Part shown: in pieces, positions 35,387 to 48,460 of the stretch
Position numbering within the stretch: the first letter of the stretch is position 1
How the letters are laid out: every line of letters begins with the position of its first letter
Assembly: GCA_000708835.1 (NCBI GenBank)
Contig: DF237053.1
Coordinates: 1 to 64,000 of the forward strand
DNA: 64,000 nt
Direction of reading: 5' to 3'
Source: Klebsormidium nitens
Taxonomy: Eukaryota > Plantae > Klebsormidiophyceae
Notes under the pieces: generated by a model
The model's database searches: none
What the model saw: the letters and a program-made list of their open reading frames with translations, nothing else
What the model was told of the DNA's origin: nothing
Made by a program: the position numbers and the translations under genes

Positions 35387-37650
35387 CTATGCCTTGGAGA
35401 TGACGTCGTTCAAGATCGATACAACCTTATCGTAGCTCTCCTTGGCCTTCTCTTGGCTCTTTTTCCTGGCAGCGTAGTCAAGCTGCAAGAACAAATTAAG
35501 AAGTTAGCAATGATGAAGTGTCAAGAGACATATTTGCAGAAGTGGCAGGCTGCTTCTGCCTACCGCAGGCATCACTTTGCCGTCTGACCATTGAGATATC
35601 TCTTATAAGTAGCCTGACCTGGCGCCTCATGTCAATTACACCATCCTACTTTTCGTTCTCACGTCTGGGAACAGAGACACACAACTCTCCAATCGTGACG
35701 ACAATGGATGCAGACTCAACCAAGCTCAATGTTTAGGGATTCTGACAATTAGGGTTTAGAACGGCGTTAAAAACAGGTAAGCATGTCAACTCACAGAGTC
35801 GAGCTCGGCGTTCAGAGACTTCTGCAGGGCCTTGATCGCCTTCTTCTCCTCCTTGGACTTGCTGCTAGCAATAGTGTCAATGTCAAAGTTCAGGTACTGA
35901 GCCTCAAGGCGCAGCTGGTTCTGGACAAACGGCCACGCCTTCTTGGCAATGTACTTCTCAGAGTCCTGGATAGCGGCGGCAGAGGCCTTGAGCCGGGCCT
36001 GCGCCCCTGCGACATCCTCGGATTGCAGGAAGAACCGCTGCTTCAGCGGCTGGTCGAGGTCCCGGGCCTCATCGGCATTCTTTGTTCCGGCTGCAGAGCG
36101 AGCAATGGAAGCATTCAGAATTGGTAGACTGTGCAAGACTGTTGCCTCTTTACAGAGTAGACAACCAAACATTACTTGAGCGGTTTGATATTCTGGAATG
36201 TGAAACGTTTGCATGTCCCGCGAACAGGAGAGGAAGGTCTGACGAGACAGGCGCTCCGAGGAAGGCGCAGAGAGGGTTTATTAACACCAAAAACAGCCAG
36301 ATAAGTCTGAGACCCGTTCAAAAATCTTCAATTTCAAAATATGCTCTGTTAGGAACAGGGCCAAAGAAGGTATGACGGCTTGAGTAGGTATTGAACGGCC
36401 AGAATAATGAAGTGGCGGACGCTCTTCCTTATCCAAAATACACTGTTCCCCAATGCCTCACGCATACACAGGCTCCCACCTGCCATGCATTACTCATCTG
36501 TTAAGTTTTCAAATCCATAGGTCCAGACCTTGGGTTTATTGCTAAACTGTTTGACAATATCTTGAAGACTCGCCCAGACATCTGAGTTTCCCCTGGGCTG
36601 CAATTCAACGACACGGCTTCCGCTTTGGCCACAAATGCGTCAGCCACACGTCCAATGCTACAGACTGCAGGCTTCCTAATGTAGAAAGGTCACCGCCCTT
36701 AATCCATTATCCTCTTGGCTTTCTGTGAAGCAGGCCTCTAATGACAATTCCCACACGAGAAAACCAGATTTTTGGTCTTGCAGAATGCCTTGGGAATCAT
36801 CATGTTTCCCCTTCTCTATTTCCCTCCATTGCTGTGCTCCATTGTTCAGTACCACACTAATCATCTTTTAGTCTTGAACTTCTAATTACTTTTGCTTGCA
36901 GCAGTCCCCTGCGAATCCATTATTCGTAGCTGCTGCTTCCTGAGATGCTCATGACAGTACTGTGTCTCCTCACGCATCCCCCATTTGGCAGCTTCGTTCA
37001 GAGGGACAGTGAAGCTGATTGGATGGCATTCACAATGATGGTTTCTCCTTCTCAACCTCGCAGATAGTGGACTGCCGGTCGTACTATCCTGAAATCATAC
37101 CCCCACCTATTCAAATCTACATAGCTACCAAAACAGGGCTAAGCTAGGTTTGAATACCAGCCAGTCAAAGGCAATGCAATCAATGCGGACCAACTCAACA
37201 ACAGACCTTAAGAACTGGCACAACCTTTCCTCTACAGACTTGAGTCTCCTAGTTTGCACTGGAATCAGTTTCCCGTTCCTGACCATCCGCAATAAGGGAC
37301 TGCCATCCTGGTTAGCAATCCAAACCAATGCAATGCACAGGGGCATGAAACTTACGGAGGCCACCGAATGGCTTCGGTGATGGTCCAATCTTAATGGAAG
37401 TGGCCTCTGCGTTCGCCCTCTGCACAGTCCCCACGCTCACGGCAGCCGCTGCTAGCAAGCTGAGCATAGCCCTCCTCGGCACCGCAGCCTCCTCCTTTGC
37501 GCTGGCCCTGACCATCAGAGACTGACCCCTCTTGCTCGACACCGGGACGGCCGCAAACGCGCGGGACGCCTTGGTGGCAGCATTGCCAACCTCGACCTTC
37601 TGGAAGGCAGCAACGGAGGTGGAGGCGCGGGCGACGGTGGAGGAAGCCAT
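35387..37650 (-). CDS. psbQ: Photosystem II oxygen-evolving enhancer protein 3 (PsbQ) with a bipartite chloroplast/thylakoid transit peptide. Exons 37650-37356, 36090-35795, 35482-35387
   Basis: Twin-Arg signal VPRRAMLSLLAAAA...RANA, then IKIGPSPKPFGGLPGTKNADEARD and WPFVQNQLRL...YLNFDIDTIASSK, ending LDYAARKKS...ILNDVISKA*. Phases 1 and 0 join. Confidence 0.97.
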
Positions 37651-38973
37651 GGCGACAGGAAGATTCTGTAATGCGGCGCTCGTCCTGTTGTGTTGTGGAA
37701 GGAAAGAATGGCTGCCAGGTCTTGCCGGAAGTTTGCAAACTGGGCTGAGGTGGCAAGATCGGAGCGCAGCGAGTGGTCGGAATTGTTCAGTCGAGATAAG
37801 GAGGATTCTGCCCCTGTTTCGGAGCCGTACGATTGGTTGGAATGATCACGTGGCACCCGGCCTTGCGGACTTCAGCGGCCAGTGCGGTTGGACGGAGGAT
37901 ACCACCGATTAAATTGAAGCGTCCAATCCTGGTCGGGCGTCCGAGGGAAGCCCGCGCGTGCACTGAGTGTATGATGATGTGTGACTGACCGGACGACAAT
38001 TCGAAAGCAGAGTGGCATGCAGTGACAAATAGCTCTCAATGAGTATCTGGCGATGCCTATCGACCTGCCGCCATAAGATGCCCTCAATGAGAAACTTTCT
38101 CACGGCCTACATTCCAATACAACGGACCCGGGGCCACGACGGCTAGCGTTGTTGGGTGACATTCTAACGAGTGATCGAGATCGGGCTGTTGATGATGGCC
38201 GCCAGCTGTACATGTTCATGCAAGTTTGATTGACGTTATCGCGATCCGCGCAAATGATACTGAGAGATGCGCGTTAGGCAAGCTTTCAATTATATCATAT
38301 GTACATGGAGCAAGCTTTGCATGACAAATCAGGCAAAGCTTGAGTTCGCAGAGAATACCTCGTCGAGAAGAGCTGAAGAGTCGTCTAGAATGGTCGGCTC
38401 GAATCATAAGCAGTTTTGGACGAGGTCACGTGGTCATATCCAACTTTGGTGTCAATCCTTGATTATAGTAATCCAATTCTCAATCGTAGCGCAACAAGAA
38501 GCTTGATCGACAATTGTTCTTGGCATGCGGCTCCAACATCTTCTTTTCTTGAGTGCAAGTTCGCCTCGTCCTACCTTGGCCTTTCTTACTTGCTCGTCCG
38601 AGCACCGCAATGTCTCTGAAGTGCTCCGTCTAAGTTTTTGCAGATCCGACCTGAAGAAAGCGCCGGACTCGACCTCTTTCTCCGCACGAGCTGGCCCGCG
38701 CTCTTGCTAATTTTCAGAGCATCTAAAATTACTCGTGCTCTTATGTACATCACCGCAATGAAGGTTCTTCCGACATGGGCGCTCCAAGAGCCCAATCTCT
38801 TCCAAGCAACCCTTGGACTTTTCGTTAGCACCTGTCTTACTTCCAGGGAACAACCCGTGCAGCAGGCCCCAACTATGGTACATTAGACAGACCTCTCCTC
38901 ACTATAGTACAATAACGTCATGTGCAAGTATGCACTTTCGAATTGTTCTCGTTTCGGAAGGACATTCTGTCTA

Positions 38974-41900
38974 TCACCGCTTGAGGTAGTAGAACTCGGA
39001 CGGGACGGGTACGCCATCCGCAGCCAATCGCGAGTACAGCTCCTGCGTACACATGAGAGAGACGTCAACCGACTGATTTGCCAAGGCTCAGGAACTCAAC
39101 GTCGTGGTACTCTTTGATCGATGTCGGCCACACGTGGTGCAAACTCCAAAATACGAAGAGCGAAACTTGAGAAAGCCACAGAGAGACTGCTCCGCAAGTC
39201 CAGTACGCTGCAAGCAAAGCCAGTTGCTGCGTGTTGCTTTCGTCACTGTCCAAGAAGCCGACAGATAGGGCGAGTGAGTATTGCAACAGCAGAATCGCAG
39301 GTCGGGTCTAGTGTTGGGCGTTTCTTCCTCAATCTTGTGATCTGGGTGAATTTGCATAATAGCTCTCGGCTTCCGCGAACCAGACAGCACGGGCCGTACC
39401 CCTCTTTCATTTCCACCGAGGCAATCCAGAAGAAGAGCGCTGAATCCTCGGAGACATGCACTCGATTTCAGCTGTGAACCTATTCAAACCTACGCCACTT
39501 TGGTTCTCGAAAAGTTCGGCCATTCGCTCGCCCAACAGCGAGTTGAACAAGAAAGGGAAAAGCTGGTTTTCGACCCACCGGGCCAAATGCATTCTCCTTG
39601 ACCTCCAACCTCACCTTAGCCACTGCGTTGTAGGCCGCCGCCGAAACGCCCTTGCACCCCCGCAGGTTGCAGCGCCGCAGGCGGGGACACGCCGCCAGGA
39701 GAGGGAGGACGTCTGAGTCGCCAACCTTTGCGCTGCGAAAAACGGGGCGGCATCAAAAGAGCGCAGGGAAGGAAGGCAGATGTTGAGATTCAGATAGTAT
39801 GAAAACTGAACAAGACGAAAGAAACGAGGAAGAACGACAGAGTCGCCAGTCCCTGGAGTGCGGGCATTGGCATGAGGAGCACGAGCGAGGTGCTGAAGGA
39901 GAGATGCAACGGGTAATCAGAGAATCAACGACCGGGCCAAAACGAAGATGAAAGGATTGTTGCGTTCTAAATTTCCATTCAAACTTGAGGGCAACATTAA
40001 AAAAGGGAAACAAAGCGTGCTGGGATGGAGTGGATAGAAGGAAACGCCGACGGACAAACCGTTGAACATGAGCTTTAACCGAAACATGAAAGATCTCGAG
40101 TCCCGAACCTCCCGACTGAGGTGACGGACGGCAGCGTCAGAGAACAACGCCGAAGCTGCCCCAAAGTCTTCAAAGAGGAGCAGACTGACCACTGTGCCAT
40201 AATATGACCTCACAATATCCATAGAGCGACCGATAAAGCCTGTCCCGCACTGTCAGTTCGACCAGAATGTGACTTTGAAAAAAGGCAACCACCTGTGCGC
40301 GAGTTCGAGGACCTCCAGCCGCGACTCGGAGACCGTCGCTAATGCTCCCAGAGTTGCCGGACCCGCAATGCCCCTGCGAAACACATCTTCTGCTGTGTTA
40401 ATCCACGGGCTCTTTCCAACGAAAACACCGCAAATGCACGGAGTCAAATTGCTGATTGGCAAGCGGGAGCCCGCAGACTGTGGTGCGTGAAATGCGACTT
40501 TCGAAAAAGAAACCGGGCACCTATAACGCAGTAAAGACGTCTAACACAGTCAGCCGGGGTTTACAGCAGGGTTTGCAGCATTCTTGAAAAGCAAAAAATG
40601 TTGCTATCAAGTTGGACTCGACAGAAGCATGAGCGTCCGAGTGATGCCCGTGTTTTATTCCTTGGAACGAGAGGATTCTGAAGAAACTTCCTGTGACTCT
40701 CCGCCATGCAACAACGTCTAACGGACTTCCAAAGGACTTAGCCACGACACGGGCTCGGATCAGTGAGAACTTGGACCCTCAATGGCGAAGACCAATCTGT
40801 ATCTCATTTTCGCCGGACAAATGAGCGCGCTTCGCAACTGGAACGAAACAGCGGATCTTTAGAAGCCTGATTAAAGAGGGGCACACAACAAAACGGGCAG
40901 CGGATCGACACGCGAAACGGAAAGGCGGGCGAGGAATCGACGATACCAGCAAGTCGGCAAGCAGGAAAACAGGAAGCACCAAAATGAAGCAGAGGAAGAA
41001 AAAAACAGACGAGAGCCGAAGCCACTACGGAAGTAGAACAAGATGGAGATAATCAAACGCAACTAAAACGAAACATACGGTTAATGCAACGAAACCAGTA
41101 AAGGCGGCCAGCTCACGTCAGCCCGAGCTTCTTGAGATTCGGACACCGCCGGACAACGGCAGCCAGCGTCTCGTCCGACAGGAGGTGACATTGGTGCAGC
41201 AACAGGACGCTGCGTTGAAGGACGGGGTTTGTTAGCGTGGTTCAAATGAACACTACGACGGCATCTTATTCTGTCCAGGGAATGCAAAAGGGCAAATGAA
41301 CGACGTCTTGAGTAAGGCGTGTCTTCCCCAGTGCTTGTTGTGCGGCTTGAGAGAAAAGCAAGGTTGGTTGGTACGCTGGTCGAGGAGATAGGGATCTCAA
41401 GGGCTTGAGGTCGAAGAAGGTTGGGAAAGGGATTCGACCGAGCTGAGACAAAGAGGCCGTTCGAGCTCCTGAAGTGATGATGGAAAGTTGCAGGGGATAG
41501 AAACCTTTTCGTTGCCCTTGCCATAGCAACTCTTGACCTTCGTCAAAGAAAGTGTTTGTAGAACCAATCACAACCCGACGAAAAAGCACTTGTGATCAGA
41601 CGTCATGCATTCAAAGTCTGACGTCACTGTCCTCTCACCTCAGACTGCCAAACGTGTGGCTGCCAGGAAAGAGCCGCTCAAAGCTCTCATTACAGAGGAG
41701 CCGACAGCCTGAGAGGTCGATTTGTGTCGTTGAGTGCAGCCCAAGATTGGTACCCTGACTTTCGAACCCCGTTCTCCCGACCTGGATGCGCCTCAGCAAC
41801 GAACACCCTTTCGTGGATAGGCTCTGCAGGAGAATAGGAGTCTGCAATCAGTGACTCTGTCAACCAGACCTGTTACGCACTGGGCTACTGTTTGGATTGC

Positions 41901-43134
41901 AATTGCTCAGGCTCTTGATATTCAGTGACTCAATCTGACTAAACTGCTTTTTGATTGGTTCAGGATTCCTCAGGGGTGCAAAGGACAAGGAGAAGCAAGT
42001 TCTGCATGTGGATTCTGAACATTCAATCTGAAGTTTCTATCGATCCATGTCAATTTCTTCAAACTCCAGCTCTTCACAAATGGCAAATTGTGTATCAGCT
42101 CCTAGTCCAAAACCTTGTCGACTTCGTCATCCTTGTCAAATGGCCACTGAGAAAACCATCAGAATCAAGTGGATAATGCAAGAACCACCAAGCAAGAAGG
42201 TGGGAGCGCTGCAAACTCCAGGTTCCGATGCACCGTCAGGGAGAGGGGCCCTTCCCAAGGAACGTACGAGAGGTCGATGTGTCGGAAGCTGCCTTTTTGC
42301 GGGGCACTATTGAGAATACTCTCCATGAGGGACATAGAAGAGGCTGCAGGTGTGGGGTTACTTTGAGGGCCGGTGGTGATGACACCGTCTTTTTGTGACG
42401 GACTTAGTGTAGTCTTGGGCGAAGCATCTGGCGTTGTCTCCCTACCACTCTGCAGGGATCAACGTGGAATTGCTTGTCAGTTGTTTTGCACCACCGTGTT
42501 CTTGACGTCTTTCACACGCATGCAAGGCTCCTGCATGTGACCTTTTGCACAACGAAAAAGCACTGATGAGAAATCACGTTTAGGTCCCTACTACATTCCA
42601 AACTTCCATCCGGTTTGTACCAGAAAGTCGCTTTTAGTGCACCAGACAAGAACTTGTTGGGGCGCCTTTCGCCCCAAACAGACAGGGTTGCTTGCGTATA
42701 TTAGTGTAGGGCACCTGACAAACCTAAGCAGGGGCAGGGGAATTTGAGTCGCTTACAGTTGCAACTCGCATGAGCCGTAGAAGCAGTTCATCTCGAAGTT
42801 GGATGGCTGAGCAGCTGTCAGAGTAATGCACGTGATGTCAGCCAGGTCCAAGCATGGGCACCGGACCACAAAAACTCCACGCGTCAGTAGATAGGGAATG
42901 TGAGCGCACCTTGGAACCATCTACGTGAAAGAGAATGCAGTCCCAATCCCATCGCGAGCGCCCGTTGATGTACATAACCCGCTGATTCTTGTAGATGGTC
43001 AAGACGGTGGCTTCTCTGCTAACGGACCGCCACCGTCGGCTAACACAGCCGGCCCGCACAAGGGCTGCATTGTCACACCGCAGCAAAACGGCCCGAAAGA
43101 GGTCGAGCGACAGGGCCTCAAAGGGATCCCCCAT
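38974..43134 (-). CDS. F-box/RNI-like LRR protein (multi-exon; several internal junctions unresolved)
   Basis: N-terminal F-box DPFEALSLDLFRAVLLRCDNAALVRAGCVSRRWRSVSRE. LRR exons FRHIDLSY, QIDLSGCRLLCNESFERL, VLLLHQCHLLSDETLAAVVRRCPNLKKLGL and DSDVLPLLAACPRLRRCNLRGCKGVS. Probable last exon ELYSRLAADGVPVPSEFYYLKR* (stop at 38974-38976). Confidence 0.75.
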
Positions 43135-43313
43135 CAGCACTGGCTGTTTTCAGCAAAGGTTATAGAGCTTAGAAGGAGGTCTTTAGAGCTGCTAGCCCCA
43201 TACTGGGAGCCGATTGTGCACCCATAGCTACACAGAGAATGTGCTCAAGAAAAAGGTGGTGCAAGCATTGAAGCAAAGCTTGAAGGAGGCAGCCAATTCT
43301 GCAGTCCTGTTGC

Positions 43314-43348
43314 TTTTAGGGTTTCGTAACATCCAAGATTAGGGTTTT
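43314..43348. promoter_or_regulatory. Two telo-box-like motifs (TTAGGGTTT) in the about 290-bp head-to-head interval between the F-box gene and USE1
   Basis: TTTTAGGGTTT at 43314-43324 and TTAGGGTTTT at 43339-43348. Confidence 0.4.
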
Positions 43349-43427
43349 GCCCTTCAAGTTCAGTGTCTGGATGCCTCATGGCAGCTATTTAAACTTCAAG
43401 TTGACGTGAACTTTTGACGCCTTCAAA

Positions 43428-46400
43428 ATGGTGGCGCCAAAGCAGGGTGGCCTCTTCAAAGTAGAGGGTGGTGTGCTCGATCATGCATCAAAGCCCCCTC
43501 TGTCCAAGACTGAGATCAACCTGCACCGCTTGCTGAAGAGCTGCGAGCGGCAGGCGGCAGAGTTGGACGATGCGATTCTGAGGCAGGACCTTCGGTTTGC
43601 AAACGTGAGGAGGAACAAATTCTCTGCTGAGACATTGAATGTTGTTGAAGGCGCACGAGTTGGTGGTGCAGACCAGCTGACACCGGAAGTGCCTTTTCAG
43701 CTTTCAAGAGGGGTTTCAGCCAGTTCGCTGTGTCTAGTTGACCACAGACAGCCACTTGAGCATTGGAATCATTCTTCGTCTCTTCGTCGATAAGCCCTAC
43801 AGCCCCATCCGGCTGCATCCTTTGTGCGTGCGTTTGGGCCGGCAATCAGAGCAACTTGTTGCGCTGCATGTTGTTCGTTTGGTTGGAAAATATTTTGATG
43901 TGCTCTTCCTTCATTCTGCAGTATGTCGCTGTCGCGCGCGACCTGCTGAGCGAGCTGCAAGGGAGAGAGATTCACAACTCTTTGCCTAGGTACAGAATTT
44001 CCTGCTTCTGACCTTTTTTTTGAATGAATTGGAGACAAGAAGACTTACACCAGGACATTCCAGTAGAAAGGCATTTGATCTTAGAAAGGCACTCAATGGA
44101 TTATCAAACAGCCTTGATTAGCGGTTTCATTGCTAATCTTGCACAGAGTCTCTCTGATACAGTGCAGCTCCTCAGACTCAGAAAATGGACACCGGCACAC
44201 GTCGCTTTACAGACCTCCATAGAGCTAATGCATGCTTGGGTTTGAAATAATGAAGCAAGCTGGAATGAAGTTACAAACTCACTCTCATGTTTTGATGAAG
44301 CGGTTGTCTCTACGCCAGCCCTTGTGTTCAGCCCCCTTCTTTTAATGTTGCAGCATCTCTGCTAGCAGAGCAGAAGAGTACGAGAAGCGCATTGGCACTC
44401 TGGAGAAGCGAGTAGATGAACAAACAGTAAGCCTATCCAGAAAGGGTCAGCACTGTTGGTCATAGACCTCCTTTGAATTTGAGTAAAGACTTTGTGGCTG
44501 ACTAACCAGTCGGTTTGATTAACCAACTCAGCCCCCCAGCTTGTACTTTCACGTTCCCAAAAAGTCGGAGCCCTCTTTCCCCCCTAAATCCACAGTTTGA
44601 GCACTTAAACAGTGGGGACTAAGATGAATGTTCTAGAATGTCATACCAATTTGGCATTAAACGCCTTCCTGATGAGCTCTGAGGTGCCCGTCAATTGTCT
44701 TGGCAACTTCTGGCCAATGCCTTGCCTGCTTGAAGGGCTTCTTGTTTAGTAATTCCAGCACCAACTTCGGCAGAATTTAATAACTCTTCTCTTTGAGAGG
44801 TAAAGCCTTTTTGGACTACGCAAAGTAGCAAGGTTTGGGACCGTGAGACTGACACGCGGGTAATCATCGTTCTTATGCATCGCAGCTTAAGATCACTCAC
44901 CTTTGGTTGATGTTCTGCATTTGAGGTCGTCTCGCAGAGTTCTACACCCCTTAATTTCGATACACACTGGCTTTCCTTGATTGAGCCTCCATTCAGCATC
45001 CAATCCCATCTCCCAGTATCAGCGCCAGGCTGACGTCACTCAGCATTTATACGCCTCTGTCAATCGCAGCGGCAGGCGACGACAGCAAGAAACGAGGCTG
45101 GCTCGGATGGGGCAAGTGGCACCAATCACCAGCCGCCAAGTGGCGGAGGGGAACCTCCTCAGTCCAGTCAGAGGGATCCCCCTCCAACTTCGACGAACGC
45201 AGCGGAGCCACAGCTGCGCCAACGGAGTGGGTAAGTAAAAGTCGTTTTCTCTTTCCCGCAAAACGAGTCTCAGCAGTGGCCTCAGGACCGACTGCCAGCC
45301 AACTGACCATCGTTTTAGAGCACCGCAATTGTCAGTTCCTGAAATTACTGAGCCCGTCCGGAATGACTAGATTGAAGACTTCGCCGTTTGTTCTAGCGGG
45401 ATGGGACCGACCCCTTTTTGCTGTCGGCAGGAGACTGGCGGTGATGATATTTGGGGACGTTTTGTCAAGGGGCGCATTTTGTCTGATCAGGAAACGATGT
45501 GGAGTACTCCAACAAAGCTGTGATTGTTAGTGAGGGCGATCTCAACCAAGTTCGAATTTTGTTGCCACTTTTGTCACCTTGCACTTGTAACTTGTAGTAG
45601 AGCAAAAAGATTCCGACGAGGTTTATATCGGCTTTGCATGACTTAGGGACAACTCGCAAAGCCTTGAAAGTGGATATCACCTATCTTTAAAATCAGCTTT
45701 GCGTTTGCCGAAACAAGGAGCCAAAAACTCGTGCTGGGATTGCATCTGCTGACCGTCAATCAGCACGCCTTGTGTCGAATAACTCCGTACGTGGTGCAAC
45801 TGGTCAGAGGTCAGTCTGGACATTAGATTGTGCTTCGCAGTGAATCTTTTCTTGCTATGTTGTCTGGTCCATCTCCTTGTGCAGGTTCCTCAGATTTCCC
45901 ATCAGCGGGTCTACGTTCCATGCATCGAAGCCGACCCCTCCTTGGGAAATCACCTTTCCGGTCTCTTCATTCCTTGATGCTACTATCCAGCATCCCTTGC
46001 TCTGCAAAATGCACGATAATCCGCTCGACTATCTTGCTTTGAGGATGTCTTTGTCGTTTCTTGCCTTCAATTCTTCCCCAGTGAAATCTCGCCAAGCGGC
46101 GGCCTTGGAGCTCATAGCAACCAACTAGAATACTTTGAGGTTACTTCGAGGCGAATACTTTGTCATTTATTCCATTACCACGTCTCCAGGAAATCTCGTC
46201 AAACGGAGCTCCTAGCAACCAAGGCTCACCAGAGCGGGGGCAAACTGGATCAGGACGTCAGCCGAGTCTTGGATCAGCATCGCCAGTTGCAAGAGGGTCT
46301 GACGGACGAGATGGTTGAGCTTGCGAGGGCTATCAAGAACAACAGTCTCGCCATGGAGCAAAGCATGAAAGAGACCGGCAAGGTGAGTTATCTGCACCAC

Positions 46401-46805
46401 CACTTGAGGTTCTGGTTGCTATTGTTTAGTTGTAGCAGCCACTCCTTCGCTGTTCCATAAACCGTCCGTTTCGCCAAGGCTCAAAACGCGGTCTCACCTT
46501 TGACTTGTTTCCGCGTCCGTTTAGATTGGTGTTTCAGTCACAGATTGGCGACGCAGTTTTCAACTCCGTTTGGAATGAGGTTCGACGGCTGCAGACGTGA
46601 GCTAGTCAAAAACATCCGTGCTTTGTAGGTACTTGATGCAACGGAGCGTGCGGTCGAGCATAGCATTGCAACCACGAGCCATGTCAACACACGAGCATCG
46701 AAGATATATTCAGCAACTTTTCGGACCGGGTGTTTTACTTGGCTTGTGCTCCTAGCCGTGTCTGCCATCTTCTTTGGGATGGTATTTTTGATCAGGATTA
46801 CTTGA
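43428..46805 (+). CDS. USE1: ER Qc-SNARE USE1. Clear exons 43428-43604, 43922-43989, 44366-44426, about 45075-45231, about 46218-46382, 46629-46805
   Basis: N-terminal LSKTEINLHRLLKSCE, SNARE QHRQLQEGLTDEMVELARAIKNNSLAM...VLDATERAVEHSIATT and C-terminal TM CFTWLVLLAVSAIFFGMVFLIRIT*. The middle exons are approximate. Confidence 0.92.
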
Positions 46806-47730
46806 CATTGGGGAGGTTGTTGTGGCGCTTTTCGCTGCAATGGTCCTTTGAAGTGTCACGAATTCGTAGGGACGAACAATATGTTTAAGGTGCATGTTCA
46901 ATTTACTGCCAGCTCGTCTACAGGAATCTCGGTCGGTACAGATTTCAGCAGGTTGGACCGCCTCTATTATCCAGGAATTGTGGTGTTACTGCCTCACTCA
47001 AGCCTGCTGAATTCCGTAAAGGGTGTAAGCAGTATGTTCGATTCAGAAATGTAATCATGTATAGGTATGCTCGGACCTTGTTACGTCAGACCTTGTCCAG
47101 TGCATGAATGCCAATCTTGGAAGTCAAGTACCTATGCTGACCTTGCCTGGCATACATTCAATTGTGAGTCACGAATGCGCTATGCTAAATATAACCCATG
47201 CACACTGGTATAGAATCATAGGTGCATGAAAAGACAAGAGTTTGACGGACAGCCAGACTGATATGGTGGTGTGCGGCTGACCAGACGGTGTCATGAAGAT
47301 GCACCCCACAAAATGATTGCAGCCATGCGATGACAACAGTCCGATCATCCCTTCATGATCTTCAATATTCAATTAAAGACTTTTGACACTTGTCTGAACC
47401 AACTTGTAGCTATTGTTCAGGGTTCCCCGGAGCCTGTCCGACCTATGCAGCAGGACAGTAAAGGTTTTAAGGACCTTCAAAAATTCATTGCCCCCATCAT
47501 GGGCCAGGATGCACATGTGCCGCCCGACGGGAATATGAGTGTATGGCCCTAGGCTGCTATGATTTGAGATAAGCTTCTACGTCAATTATCACCAATTTAG
47601 CATGGTAATAATTGTGGCCATTGAAAAAGCAGTGCGTTGGCTTTGAAGCCTGGCCTCATAGCTGTAGGATTTGAACGTTCTGCTTTTATCCATACTGATA
47701 TCCTGACTGCCGAATTGCATGAATTCCCGC

Positions 47731-48056
47731 ATTGGAAAGTGCAAAGTGCAAACCGTACATCGCGCCGCGCAGACCACATGCTCACCCCCCGATTCTCATT
47801 GGTTCAAAGTGGAGAATCGGCCTCTTATTGGATAAGCTCGGCCGCTTTCGACTGGGGTATTTCAGACTTGGTGAACCGGGTGGGTACGGTCTGCTAAAAC
47901 AAGCAATAAGGTGACCGGTGATAAAAAATAGCGTCGAAGTGAGCGTCCTCTACATTGTAAGGACTCCGAAGATACAGGGGGCCTGCCTGGGCGAGAGGGA
48001 GCCAGCCTGGCCGGTAGAGGACATGAGGAAGAGGAGAAGTGTCGCTCGCCGATTGG
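47731..48056. promoter_or_regulatory. Four CCAAT boxes (ATTGG orientation) upstream of NF-YA
   Basis: ATTGG at 47731, 47798, 47827 and 48052. Confidence 0.5.
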
Positions 48057-48124
48057 ACGCGCCCGGAAAGAGAAGTTTGAAAATGCTCAAGAAGGAAGCT
48101 CTGGCGCCCAGCATTCAACCGTGA
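48023..48124 (+). other. Candidate 33-aa upstream ORF in the presumed NF-YA leader
   Basis: ATG at 48023, MRKRRSVARRLDAPGKRSLKMLKKEALAPSIQP*. It is followed by a possible leader-intron donor (gg|gtgcgt, about 48152). The transcription start is unknown. Confidence 0.3.
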
Positions 48125-48460
48125 TCAGGGTGCCCTCCCTCTCCTGAAGGGGTGCGTAACTCCAGGCTCCCTTGTAGCCAAAGGCCTTTGAGTTTTGTGA
48201 AGAAGAAGAACCTTACAGTCTTTGTTGTTCAAAAAACGTTGGCGGGGGTCTATTGTGCGGTCTCGCTGAGTGAGGTGGACTTGTAATTTGCGGGCAGAAG
48301 GCAAGGAATTTTGGATACGCCAGTCTGAAAGTGCACCAGCAGGCAGTTTCCTGCTTGCTTGTTGAATCTGAACACTGAAATTTGAGGACAAGTTGCAGCG
48401 CTCCTTTCCGATTGTGTCGTCCACTTTGGTAATTGCAAGTCTGTACAGAGGTCAGGCATT

